From: Octopus vulgaris
Taxonomy: Eukaryota
Assembly (NCBI GenBank): GCA_951406725.2
Contig: OX597814.1
Span: 192,262,001 to 192,326,000 of the forward strand
DNA: 64,000 bases
Direction of reading: 5' to 3'
Shown here: in pieces, positions 29,363 to 39,973 of the stretch
Layout: each line of letters starts with the position of its first letter
How positions within the stretch are numbered: the first letter of the stretch is position 1
Program-made: the position numbers and the translations under genes
The notes under the pieces: generated by a model
The model's input: the letters and a program-made list of their open reading frames with translations, nothing else
Told to the model about the DNA's origin: nothing
Databases searched by the model: none

Positions 29363-30499
29363 TTTATAATTTGTTTTGAACAGTGTAATTTGAATTAGAT
29401 AAAGCTATGAATAATAGTATGAAAATGTTAAGTAGAAAAAGGCTTTTGGATACACAAAGTTAACTTTTTAGTTAATTTTTAACCCAATATTTACATGCCA
29501 TTGTTCATAGCTTTATCTAATCCAAGTTCCACCTTTCAAAATAAAGAATTTGTCTCTTGAATTTTCTAAACCCATATGATATAAACAGTAAACAATTATC
29601 ATTGGTAAGAATAAAGTTTCTAAAATGGATTGAGAATTTCAAATGATTGCTTTTGTCCAATGGTAGAACGTCTGTCATGTTTACAAAAGATGGGTTAGTT
29701 CAAGTCCCACAAGCAGCCTTCAACTTCTATCCAAAAGAGTTTTTTTAACCCAAAATTTACATGCTTCCCTCAGGCTTTGTTGCATTGGCATCATCAAGAT
29801 CAGTGATGAAATAGAGACAGATGCTGAAAGTGGAATCAGAGACACATCCTCAGACAAGATCAAGAAAGCAATTGTATGGTGGCACTAAAGTGACAGCCTG
29901 AGGGGAAAAGAGCAACAGCGCGCCTTAAAACCACATGGCAAAGGGCCATTGACAATGAAAGGAGATGAGAAGGGTGGAGAAGCTGGAAACCAAACAGGGT
30001 AGAAAACAGAGATGGTTGAAGAGAATATGTTGTAGCCTTATGTGCCTCATGGCACAGAGAGAACGAACTAAGTTACATTCTATTATTTATAACTTTACTT
30101 CAAATTCCACTGTTAAAAACGAATTATCTCACATCTCTCAAAGTTTCTAAATCCTTTTGACATAAATATTTTTATATATAAAAATATTAGGTCATAGTTC
30201 TTATAGATATATTTCATACTAGGTTATTTATATAATCTATTTATACGATAAACATTATAACTTATTTATGCAATAAGCATTGATTTTTTTTAAATAAAGT
30301 ATTGAATGGACAAAAAAAAAAATATATACATTGATAATTTAACATCAAATTGTTTTTACAACTGACCTTCATCAAATTCTTCAAACTCAGCAAATTCATT
30401 GTCTTCTATACTGGAATCATACTGACTGCATGTAATGCAATGAAGAAGTGCAGTCAATAGACTGATGAGGAAAAATAGGTATGATAATGTTGTTTTCAT
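7542..30499 (-). CDS. CCDC47: CCDC47 (PAT complex subunit / calumin), complete 13-exon CDS, about 488 aa
   Basis: Exons joined by eye with GT-AG sites and consistent phases (1467 nt). Signal peptide, acidic DNEFAEFEE region, TM segment, LWCSGR..GMLVELK, HFSD.YSGPK and C-terminal coiled coil match CCDC47 as recalled. Confidence 0.93.
8501..8548 (-). CDS. CCDC47: CCDC47 coding exon 12 ([16 protein letters not shown])
   Basis: catag/GTATG; basic C-terminal tail. Confidence 0.85.
8935..9330 (+). mobile_element. SINE family B dimer (others near 13894-14105, 18783-18990, 19230-19435, 23405-23640 -, 39110-39430 -, 41510-41715 -, 43515-43720 -, 49012-49345)
   Basis: Shared core GAGTTCAAATTCCGCCGAGGTCGACTTTGCCTTTCATCCTTTCGGGGTCGATAAATTAAGTACCAG with a B-box-like GTTCAAA. 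Confidence 0.8.
9829..10043. mobile_element. piggyBac-like MITE, family 1
   Basis: TTAA|CCCTTTCGTTAC ... GTAACAAAAGGG|TTAA. Confidence 0.8.
10105..10272 (-). CDS. CCDC47: CCDC47 coding exon 11 ([11 protein letters not shown]...[29 protein letters not shown]...)
   Basis: Conserved coiled coil; tatag/GTGAGT; 168 nt. Confidence 0.95.
12071..12180 (-). CDS. CCDC47: CCDC47 coding exon 10 ([29 protein letters not shown]...LSKD)
   Basis: VPG...DME...PLM.M....IDK motif; ttgcag/GTAAGT. Confidence 0.92.
13126..13343. mobile_element. piggyBac-like MITE, family 2 (other copies near 935-1140, 3021-3240, 9470-9665, 15005-15615)
   Basis: TTAA|CCCTTTAACATT ... AATGCTAAAGGG|TTAA; internal sequence shared among copies. 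Confidence 0.75.
13603..13661 (-). CDS. CCDC47: CCDC47 coding exon 9 ([19 protein letters not shown])
   Basis: 59 nt, ttgcag/GTATG; phases 2 to 1 bridge the flanking exons. Confidence 0.85.
14188..14270 (-). CDS. CCDC47: CCDC47 coding exon 8 ([27 protein letters not shown])
   Basis: HFSD.YSGPK motif; gtag/GTAAG; phase 0 to 2. Confidence 0.92.
14545..14922 (-). mobile_element. tRNA-headed SINE family D, CpG-rich and probably young (related copy near 42070-42370)
   Basis: On - strand: TGGCCCAGTGGTTAGG (A box) ... GTTTCGATTCCC (B box). Confidence 0.8.
15096..15500 (-). mobile_element. RTE 3'-end-derived short repeat (copies near 6690-6872, 7798-8190, 12636-12890, 17815-18128, 22053-22240, 30762-30942, 41741-42040, 54503-54980, 57415-57750)
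   Basis: Shared AGCACCCACTACACTC.GAGTGGTTGGCGTTAGGAAGGGCATCCAGCTGTAGAAAC..CATGCTAGCATGG..(GAT)n, the same as the RTE 3' UTR. Confidence 0.8.
16280..16387 (-). CDS. CCDC47: CCDC47 coding exon 7 (SQFCTEKK...[13 protein letters not shown]...DKR)
   Basis: 108 nt, ttttag/GTAAAG; LP....ILSE.GE motif. Confidence 0.9.
17562..17663 (-). CDS. CCDC47: CCDC47 coding exon 6 ([15 protein letters not shown]...DMYDL)
   Basis: 102 nt open exon, ttag/GTAAGT. Confidence 0.9.
20978..21162 (-). CDS. CCDC47: CCDC47 coding exon 5 (GDDG...[24 protein letters not shown]...DQI)
   Basis: Conserved motifs; tttacag/GTGAGT; phase 1 to 0. Confidence 0.93.
21257..21655 (-). mobile_element. tRNA-derived SINE family A, near full-length (others near 1-222 +, 247-598 -, 23860-24225 +, 48312-48680 -, 52290-52692 -, 58735-59120 +)
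   Basis: Head GTGGCTGTGTGGTAAG..GGTTCAGTCCC, internal (TA/TG)n, tail AAGTAAAAGAG; many dispersed copies. Confidence 0.8.
23187..23361 (-). CDS. CCDC47: CCDC47 coding exon 4 ([17 protein letters not shown]...[12 protein letters not shown]...)
   Basis: Within ORF 22993-23424; TM helix and GK.KN..LA.AW motif; AG/GTAAG. Confidence 0.93.
23405..23640 (-). mobile_element. SINE family B, full-length
   Basis: Reverse complement of the family B sequence. Confidence 0.8.
24250..24372 (-). CDS. CCDC47: CCDC47 coding exon 3 ([19 protein letters not shown]...LTIPN)
   Basis: ttttcag acceptor, GTAAAT donor, 123 nt; DDEEFEG motif. Confidence 0.9.
25099..25319. mobile_element. piggyBac-like MITE, family 1, opposite orientation
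   Basis: Reverse-complement similarity to 9829-10043; TTAA flanks. Confidence 0.75.
25771..25903 (-). repeat. 133-bp duplicate of the CCDC47 exon 2 3' part plus splice donor
   Basis: Identical by eye to 26073-26205 (offset 302). Confidence 0.9.
25978..26078. repeat. (TA)n(GA)n microsatellite
   Basis: Directly visible. Confidence 0.95.
26109..26263 (-). CDS. CCDC47: CCDC47 coding exon 2 (DDPVDSNS...[25 protein letters not shown])
   Basis: tttacag acceptor, GTATTT donor, phase 1 to 0; acidic with short polyQ. Confidence 0.85.
30367..30499 (-). CDS. CCDC47: CCDC47 coding exon 1 ([15 protein letters not shown]...[12 protein letters not shown])
   Basis: ATG at 30499, 3 nt inside a ttttcag acceptor (exon starts 30502); hydrophobic signal peptide; GTCAGT donor, phase 1. 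Confidence 0.9.
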
Positions 30500-32473
30500 T
30501 TCCTGAAAGAATATAAATATAAAATTAAGGTTTTCAGCAGGTTTGTGTTCATCAGTGCAACTGCTTGTGATGGAGATAAACTAAAATATTTAGACATCAA
30601 AATTATAATAACATTATAGCAAAAGACAGATTCTGCTACATCTTCATGCCCTGGGTATGATTTGAACAGCATGTGGTAGTGGGGCCCTGTCCAGGAGTTC
30701 AAAGATCTTAAGGAGTGTGGAACCACTTGACCTGGAGAAGTAGTAGCAGCTATGAATAGGTATGGCACGTAAAAAGCACCCACTACACTCACGGAGTGGT
30801 TGGCATTAGGAAGGGCATCCAGCTGTAGAAACATTGCCAGATAAGACTGGAGCCTGGTGCAGCCTTCTGGCTTCCCAGATCCCCGGTCGAACTGTCCAAC
30901 CCATGCTAGCATGGAGAACGGACGTTAAACGATGATGATGATAATATAAAAACAATTGTGTTAACATTCAGAACATAATTAATGAAGTCAGTATTATCTT
31001 AGTGCATTAGCCAACAGTAAATTACACAGCAAACAGAAGCGTCATTATAGCAATAGACAGATTCTACTACATCTTCATGCTCTGGGTATGATTTGAACAG
31101 CATGTGGTAGTGGGGCCCTGTCCAGGAGTTCAAAGATTTTGAGGAGTGTGGAACCACCTGACCTGGAGGAGTAGTAGCAGCGTTCAGTAGGTAGGGGTTA
31201 ATTAGCATGTCATGGAATTGTCTCTGGAAGAAGGTCACTTACAGACACTCCAACAGACTCAGGGCAAATGAGGCCCTTCGATTCTTTAGCTGCACATTGA
31301 AGAGAAAGGAGCTCCATCTACATCATATATCCTGATAACTACTGGACTCATGACACTTGTTGCACCAGACCAATACAAGTTTGAAGAACAAGACAGTGGG
31401 ACTGGCTCTACAACAAACTTTGCTCATTTTAATAATAAAACCCTGTAGTTGTGTGGAGTAATTATTGAGCATGTAAAAAAGGTTAAAAGAGAAAACCCCA
31501 ACAGAAAATCAAGAGGGAGAGGCCCTAAGATAGATATGTAGTTATACTTAACCAATGGCCAGATGCCCTTTTTGTCTCCAACCCTCACTTGTTTCCACAT
31601 AAAGTAATATTATCCCCAAGGCCAAACATGTTTTCCCTGAAGACTGGAAATGAACAACCTTGCATTATTAAATTCCATAAAATGTACATCAATTTCATGA
31701 AGGCTGTCCACGTCTGCTCACAACAACAGTTGCATTTAAAATAATTAATGAAAGCATGGTACATACTACCTTGTTATACTTCTCTTATAAGTAATGTCTA
31801 TGCTGTGGATAATAATCTAAGAAATAATTGGTGATGGCTAAACGGGGTATAAGAAATTCATCAAGCATACTGCCAACTGTTATTTAACCCCAAGTCATAG
31901 GTGATCGAACAGACCTATGATCAAAACCATTCCAACTGTGACCATCCTATCCTTTTTAGGAATATTCTAATGGGTCCTTTCTTCCTCTTTTAAAGGAGGT
32001 TAAAGATGTTATTTGAAGAAAATTTGGCTGTTATTCCTATTAGTAGAGGCTTCCTAATCTTGTGATACTAATGATTCTTACATGCAATGCATTAGATGCT
32101 ATTTCAAAGACATCATACGAATGTTGTTAGTAAACAGAAAACAAGAGCCTAACAAGTGTATGCAGAACCGGTGTTGTGTGAGTGCATTCATTTAAACTGG
32201 ACATTAAATAACGTTTTCTTTTAAAGTTTACAAATTCAAACCCAAAATTGGAAATAACTTTTATAAAATGAATAAAAGGCTTGAAACTTTAAATATTTTG
32301 ATCGGCGTAGTTAGAAAACTGTCGTTTTTATAGAGGAACCAATGGTGGAGCCTCTACGCAGTAGTTCGACTCGCTAGTGATAGCTGCGAAATTTCTCTTA
32401 AATCACACCTTAGCATTTTAAATAAAGAAGGTTACATCGGAGAAGGTTAAACAATGCCGTATCTCTTATGTGT

Positions 32474-32517
<44 letters not shown>

Positions 32518-33524
32518 TATAAAAGGGAGAGGTGGTTACAGGTTTGATCCTAAATCTACTCGATTAAGGATGACCGAGGGCTAAATAACACGTTATCTAA
32601 AGGAACCCATAAATACTAATAATAATAATAATGATAATAATAATAAATAATCCTTTCTACTAAAGGCAAAATATAATAATATTTATGGAACATTTAAACT
32701 TCATAAATCTAATATAGGCACGAGATTATAATCACGGCGTGACAGCAGAGCGTTTAAGCGGATTTGGGAGTTTTTTGTTAAATATCCTGTCTATATTATA
32801 ACTAAAACATTTGCTCAGAATTTAATCGATGTTCAGCTCAAAACTATTTTGATAAGTCACCTTGTTTAAATATCGTGTACCAGAGCGAAAGAATCACCAT
32901 CAATGTTGTACTTGGTCCCAGTACTAGGTCAGCCCTAATTGAGCAAATCGAAGGAGGAAAAAAAAAACCTATCAGCTGTGACCATCCCATTTATGCTGAT
33001 GGCGTAGTGCATATAGAGACATTATTCATTTTGTGGTTCTTTAAAACAGTTGGGGGTGTGATTTGGCTGCTATTTCTAACAGGTTGAGCCTCAGAGGAAA
33101 GAAAACCATGAAGGTTTTCCTCTGAGGTTAACTCCCCATTCGTGTGAAAAACCGTGAAATTCTGTCTGAACTTAGAGAACTGTTGAATTAAGCTTCGCTA
33201 GAACTTGCAATCCATGCATAATAGCCAGTATATTTGACCACACACATAAACATATTTCATATTTAATTCAGAAAATGTAATTAATTAAGAGTTAATAATG
33301 AAAGAGAATGTAGAAAAACTCCCGGCGATCAGGAGTCCGTCTTTAATATGTATGCTTGATATGTACAGAGAAAACCCGTGGTGAATCCAAGCAACGATTA
33401 ATAACTACTCTTGTGAAATAACGTGAATCCTTAGAAAGCAAAACTGGATTGAGTGTAAAGATACATAAAATGATATAAAAGGTGTGATAAATGAAATAAA
33501 GCAGAAAATAAAAGACATATTTAC

Positions 33525-33640
33525 CGAGAACTGAAATATCCCTTTTACGGCGTTCTAACTTCTCACCCGAAATACTTTCCCACAGGAGAGCGCTTAAGAA
33601 TTATCTCCCTTGTCGAACCCGAGTGCTTAAGAGTCTTTTA
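33525..33640 (-). promoter_or_regulatory. Possible CCDC47 non-coding first exon / promoter
   Basis: The ATG exon begins with an acceptor, so an upstream exon is required. A G|GTAAAT donor at 33524 sits in unique, CpG-containing sequence. Speculative. Confidence 0.3.
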
Positions 33641-34044
33641 TGTCTTACTTTCCTTGCGAAACTTCGATCATATTTCTGTATAAAAGTCTTAAACCAAGTC
33701 TCTGCTTATATGTCGATAGTTGTTTGATGCTGCATCGCCAAACTGTTTGTACTTTGTACACGCTCTACTTACAGGCTTTCATTTCTTGAACAATGGCGCA
33801 GCACGAACCTCGTTTTTTCTTTTGGGCCAAGGCGATGGGGGTGGATAACTCTTTAGCCAATTCGTCACTGATATCTCTCTACCTATCAACTAAACTCAAC
33901 TATCTCTGGGTTGTATTACTATTACGGCAACATATGTGTTTGTCGTATTACTATTCTAAATCCAAAATACCGTTGGAATTGGCTCTTCACTTAATTTCTC
34001 TATGGCCAATAAAACCTTGTGATATAAACAGTAAACTTCGAAAA

Positions 34045-34245
34045 TTCGACATGGGTTATCAATCCCCTCAATTCTTCACAATGTACGAAGGCGTTTCACT
34101 GACACGCCTGCACCTCGGGTATGTGGGAGGGTGCTAACTCCATACCTTGACAACCTCTCTCGAACTGGCAAGGGCGATCGGTAGCACAACCAGGCCAGGG
34201 ATTTCTGGAAGCTATCCAGATACCTCGGCCCGAATGTTCCGAACA
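34045..34245 (-). mobile_element. Short second copy of the Tx1/L1 fragment
   Basis: Similar to 37003-37215; encodes YLDSFQKSLAWLCYRSPLPVRERLSR. Confidence 0.75.
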
Positions 34246-35069
34246 GAGCTGAGTGAATTATAGTCTTTCTCATTTTTTCGCAGTGGTTGACTTCTGCCTT
34301 TCGTCCTAGTTGAGCACTGAGTTCGATGTAATCCACTTACCCCTTCCCCTAAAATTGCTGGCCTTGTGCTAAAATTTGAAGCCATTATTTATTTTTTTAT
34401 TTTTTGGTGGCAGTGGGGAATTTGTTTTTTAGGTTATTTCCTTTTCAAGACTTCTACAGTGTTTATCTCCAGTTTCCGAGATCTTGAGAAAATGAGTGAG
34501 GCAAATTCTTACTGAATATGATGCCTGCCTATTATCTGAAGTAATTTTTCTCTCAATGGTAACGTAACTCAGCACGGCAGAGAAATGTATCATTAATTTT
34601 ACACTGCTGTCGTTGCTTATATAATTATTCAGTAACTAATTTGGATTGACTTGATGATTGTGAACATATCATTGATGGCATATTTTATCTGGTGAACATC
34701 AACAATGCCCGGTCGACTCATTCTCTTCCATTATTGCCGCATACCGGGGACATAGTTTTGTTCACCCCATTGTCTCCACTATGCAGTTTCTATCCACTTC
34801 CCTCGTTGCTTACAGACAGATTGACCCTGACACTCTCGTCTGCTACCATATTTGTATCACCACCTCATTTTGATTGGAATGCTGACGCTGTCCGTCCGAT
34901 TTTTTTTTCTACCGAGTCGGTCTCTTCCTCCACTCTCGTAGATGTTAAATGACAGCTTTATTGCATTTTATGCGCACGTGCAAGTCAACATTTGAAACAA
35001 ACAATATGCCACAAAAGATATCATAGTTATTCAAACCAAGAGTTTAGCAAACTGGCCTTGTGACCAATA

Positions 35070-36340
35070 CGAGGGACGTTCAATAAGTAATACCCCTGAC
35101 CCACTTGCAGTTGTTTGATCTAGCTGAAATTTTGCATGTGCAATTATTTATATCTCTATAGATTAAGTGGCAAATTACAGCTCTGAACTAATTGTGGTTT
35201 CTGATCTACAGGTGTTTGAACTGAGTCAAGTGTGAAATGGAGCCTGTTGAGTGTCGAGCAGTGATCCGGTTTTTGTATTTGAAAGGACGCACACCACGGG
35301 AGACTTTTGATGAAATGAAAGTAACTTATGGTGATGATGCCCCATCATATGACCTTGTAAAACGCTGGCATCGTGAATTCAAACATAGTCGGAACTCTGT
35401 GGAAACAGCTCCCAGATCTGGTCGCCCCCCTTCTGCCATTGATGAGGCATCTGTCCGTCAAGTTGAGGCTGCCATTTTGGAAGATCGACGCATAACTATT
35501 CGCAAAATAGCCCATGTCAAGATTAGTACCGGGTCTGTGGAAACTATCATTCATGACCATTTGCATATGCAAAAGGTGTCAGCAAGATGGATTCCCAGGT
35601 TGCTCACACCTTTCCAGAAGCAAGAATGCGTCGAGTGCTCGAGGATGAATTTGAAGATGTGCCAAGAAGATGAGTCAAAATTTTTCAAAAGACTGATTAC
35701 ACAGGATGAAACCTGGGTCCATCACTATGATCCAGAGACCAAAGCCCAGTCAATGCAGTGGAAGCACCGTGACTCACCTCCTCCAAAGAAGGCAAGGGTG
35801 CAGCCCTCCGCTGGCAAGGTCATGCTCACAGTCTTCTGGGACCAGGACGGAGTAGTGATGACAGATTTCCTGGCAAAAGGTACCACAATTACAGGAGCCT
35901 ATTATGCTACACTTTTGAGGAAATTAAGAGAAGCTATCAAAATCAAGAATCGGGGCAAGACCAGCAAAGGCATCCTCCTCTTGCAAGACAACGCTCCGGT
36001 CCACAACTCGCGTGTCGCTAGATCAGAAGCACAGGCGTGCAGCTATGAACTCCTCCCCCATCCCCCTACTCTCTTGACCTTGCACCCTCTGATTTTCACC
36101 TCTTCCCAGCCATGAAGTTGTTTTTGAAAGGAAAGCGTTTCCCAGATGATGCAGCCTTAATTTCTGAAGTCACGTCGTGGTTGGAGGACCAAGCTGGGGT
36201 CTTCTACAAAAACGGTCTCCAGAGCTGCATCAAACGATAGGAGAAATGCGTAACTTTGAGTGGTTCCTATGTAGAAAAAGACTAATAACTGTGCCAAGTT
36301 TCGTTGCTCTACTGCTATGGGAATGGGTCAGGGGCATTAC
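35070..36340 (+). mobile_element. Tc1/mariner (DD34D) DNA transposon, inactivated
   Basis: 5' TIR ta|CGAGGGACGTTCAATAAGTAATACCCCTGACCCA; only the inner part of the 3' TIR (TGGGTCAGGGGCATTAC, 36324-36340) remains. Confidence 0.9.
35237..36285 (+). pseudogene. Mariner transposase pseudogene
   Basis: WIPRLL, ITQDETWVHHYDPE, LLQDNAPVH. A 1-nt frameshift in the C run near 36065 shifts the HPPYS.DLAPSDFHLF motif. TAG at 36238-36240 replaces W; original stop at 36283-36285. Confidence 0.9.
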
Positions 36341-36687
36341 CACCTCACCGACCTCTGACGTTTAATGCAACTTCCATATGTATGTGAATAATCTGAGTAG
36401 ATAACTTGTAGGTTTCTCAGCAGCTGATTAGGAATGTTCTTTTTCTTATTAATTTTGAATGAAATGTATATATCCACTGGGCGTGTGATTCCAACGTTAT
36501 AGAGGTTTTTCTGTTACATACAATTATAGCTTGTCTATTATGCTTTCATTTAGAAGTTTGTATGGTAAGGTTCTACCCATGTTGGGGTGTGTGTATATAT
36601 ATATATAACGGTTATTTCTTCGTTGCAGATGAGGGTCACCAATTGTAACGGGGTTTTTTTGGGTTTTTTCCGTTCTGACCCGCTACA

Positions 36688-37560
36688 CTACGCGGCCCCA
36701 TTCACTCTGAACTTCCTGACGAAATTTCCCCATCTTTTCTCAAACGTTCTTTGAAACAGGCATCTCTTCTCCAGACTGATCTTTCTGGACATGTGGTAGC
36801 TGAAGTAACACACCAACCCGCGTCCGGAGATAAAGTTGATCGTCTCAATTCTCCTTCCACGCGTCACCCATACCGTATCTTTCAGCGTGGCTACTACGCA
36901 GAAAAAGGAAGTCTCCTTTTCGTTACTCAAGGAAGGAGGCGGTACAATCTTGACGATAGACTCAGTCGATAACCGTACTCTCTCCGTTTCCGACATCAGT
37001 TGTTCGACATGGGTTATCAATCCCCTCAATTCCTCACAATGTACGAAGGCGTGCGTGACAGTTTCATTGACACGCCCGCACCTCGGGCATGTAGGAGGGG
37101 GTGCCAACTCCATGCCTTGACAACCTCTCTCGAACTGGCAAGACCGATCGGTAGCACAACCAGGCCAGTGATTTCTGGAAGCTATCCAGATACCCCGGCC
37201 AAAATATTCCGAACAGGTTGACAAGCTGGTCCCCATCGAAGCCCAGAGTCTTTCCCAGGACGTCGTCGGACATGTACTTTACCAACCCGCTATAAAAATT
37301 CTCAGTGGTAACCCCGCTGCCGGTATTGCTCGCTTGGAGGAATAGAGTGAGTGCTTGTCTGCACTCACTCTGCCATTCGCCCATTTTCGGTCTTCACTTG
37401 ATCTATGTGCCCACGTCAGTTAGGGACGTCAATTGTGGAAGAAAGAACTTGACATGCGGTGACCACACCTGCTCACCATCCAGGTTGAGCCAGAGATTTC
37501 TCAGCCTCAGCGCAGACTTGCGCATCATCAGTGGTTTCCTAATCTGCAAAAAGTGGAACA
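36688..37560 (-). mobile_element. Tx1/L1-clade LINE ORF2 C-terminal fragment (zf-RVT-like), frameshifted
   Basis: SLAWLCYRSVLPVRERL..HG and CPRCG...ETVTHAFVHC lie in adjacent frames. Confidence 0.75.
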
Positions 37561-38147
37561 GGATCCGTTCCAACTTGGTTAGTCACACACCGAGGCAAGG
37601 CACGATGTTTAGGCGGTAGGTTATCACAGATGCTATAAACACCTGTGCAACCTCCGCTCTCCCTAGAAAGGATAGCGTCCTCCCAGACCAGGTCTAGGTT
37701 ATGGCCGTCACCTTGCTTGTGACCTCGCTCCAGTTTTTCTCCAGATCCCAAGCATCGGTTCTTAGTAACTGACTTTGGCTTACGGAGTTTTTGTTTTTAT
37801 AACTATCCAAAACCAACCAGACGGATAGACATTTTGTTGAAAACAATAGATTTCGTTGGCGGTCTGTTATCGCTATTCTAGCTTTTGGTGACCTAGAAGA
37901 GGTTAGAAGGGTCAAGTAGCAAAGACATTATTCTGCTTAGCGAAGGCATCTGGAAAATGTAACTGCTGTCACTCATAGAAAAACTATTGTTTTAGCATGA
38001 GAAAAGCGCTGTTGAAATATCAAGTGAAATTTGGCGATTGAGGATCGAATCCACGCTGTGCCTGCATGAAGCCACTACATATATGTGTGTGTGTGTGTGT
38101 GTGTGTATGTGTGTGTGTGTGTGTGTGTATGTGTGTGTGTGTGTGTG

Positions 38148-38435
38148 AAGGCGCGTGGCTCAGTGGTTAGAGCGTCGAGCTTACGATCGTGAGGTTGTGA
38201 GTTCGATTCATATGTTCTTAAGCAAGACACTTTATTTCACATTGATCCAGTTTATTCAGCTGTAGAAATGAGTTGCGACATCACTGGTGCCAAGTTGTAT
38301 TAGCCTTTGCCTTTCCCTTGGATAACATCAGTGGTGTGGAGAGATGAGGCCGGTATGCACGGGCGACCGCTGGCTTTCCATAAACAACTTTGCCCCGACT
38401 TGTGCCTGGGATGGTAACTTTCTAGGTGCAATCCC
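38148..38435 (+). mobile_element. tRNA-headed SINE family E (also 46560-46885; tail fragment 25904-25972)
   Basis: TGGCTCAGTGGTTAGAGC..GAGTTCGATTC, then GCAAGACACTTTATTTCAC; ends TTTCTAGGTGCAATCCC. Confidence 0.75.
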
Positions 38436-38544
38436 TATACGAGCAAAACGCCCTCGTCTAATGGACGGTGCTCAGGTGTCAAACATTTAAACCAAATCTT
38501 CTCAAAACAACTTGTCCCATAGGCCTCCCCTTTGAGAAAAACTG

Positions 38545-38597
<53 letters not shown>

Positions 38598-38618
38598 CAC
38601 AGACGCGCGCGCGCACAC

Positions 38619-38666
<48 letters not shown>

Positions 38667-39807
38667 CACTCTAATTAGGAATACTTATGCGGCAGGAGAA
38701 GACATTAGTATTTTAATTATTTCTCTATAAAATAAAGTACAAGTCAAGCACTGAGGGCGCTTTAATCGATCATACCCTCGTTTAAAATTTGCGGGCCTTT
38801 CAATAATTTTTGTGAGTAGGGGAAACAACGCATGACATGTTTCGGTATTATTGGACCTGTTTAGCGAAATATAGATTTCACGGTAGTTGCTGATATAATG
38901 ATACGAGTATAAATAAGGTCATTGAGGAGTTAGTGTCTTAACCGCTAACTTTTGTATAGCAGGTGATAGATACTCCTTATCTCACTGAAATTTCTGTCAA
39001 TGACCTATTCAAATTATTTCCTTAAAAATCAATGTTTCTCATAAAGGGAGCAAGGCTCCATTATAACTGTATGTAGTGGGGAGCAGTGAGGATTGAAAAT
39101 GATTTCAAATTTTGGCACAGGGCCATCAGCTTTTGAGAGGAGGTGCAAGTTAATTGCATCGACCTCAGTACTCGACTGGTACTTACTTTATCGATCCCAA
39201 AAGGACGAAAGGCAAAGTCGATCGAGAATTGAAAATGGTTTCAAATTTTGGCACAGGCCATAGTTTTTGAGAAGTTGGGGGTAAATTAATTGCATCGACC
39301 CCAGTACTTATCGATCCCAAAAGGATGAAAGGCAAAGTCGACTTTGGCGAAATCTTTACTCAGAACGCCAAAACGGACGAGTTGTCGCGAAGCATTTTGT
39401 CCGGCTTGCTAACGATTCTGCCATCTCGCCAATTTAGTGAGGATTGAAAATACGGCGAACAAATATTTAATATAAATAAAGATGGTTTCCAACTTTTAAA
39501 ACTCTTCAGACACCTTGATGCAGAAGGAAGAACTATATGACTGCAAAATCTATTTAGTTATTTCATTCATAAAGTTGCGAAAAAATGTCATAAATTTTCA
39601 TTAATATTTGGTGGAGAGGAGATTATATATGTCGCATTAGGAATAATATATTGTTATATTTCGTTTTTGGATTTGGTTTGCAAGATTCTTTATATGAGTT
39701 CGTTATGTTGAAGAAAATGACTCGCCCCAGACACAACAGAATATCGATATATTTTCACCACTTTTATAATTAACTCCCCTGAAAACACCTCTCTAACAGC
39801 ATCTGCA

Positions 39808-39821
39808 GTTGTCAGGGTGAC
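39808..39821 (+). promoter_or_regulatory. Candidate RFX X-box, GTTGTCAGGGTGAC
   Basis: Imperfect 14-bp palindrome like GTTGCCATGGCAAC, about 100 bp upstream of the ATG of a ciliary IFT gene. Confidence 0.6.
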
Positions 39822-39919
39822 CAAGTAAATCTCTCCCACCCTCTCTAACTAATTACGTTCTGTTATGAAGTGAAAAACTTACTTTGCAACGCACCCCAAG
39901 GCGATAAAGTTAACAAACA

Positions 39920-39973
39920 ATGGCCACAATACAGATTAAAGAGGGGGAATTCACCTCAACAATTTATGGGCAT
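39920..39973 (+). CDS. TTC30: TTC30 exon 1 (MATIQIKEGEFTSTIYGH)
   Basis: acaaATGg start context; GEFT motif; GTAAGT donor. Confidence 0.9.

Noticed and set aside
35237-36115. Domesticated SETMAR-like gene
   Set aside because: No SET domain or exon linkage; the TIR is present and the C-terminus has a frameshift and a stop.
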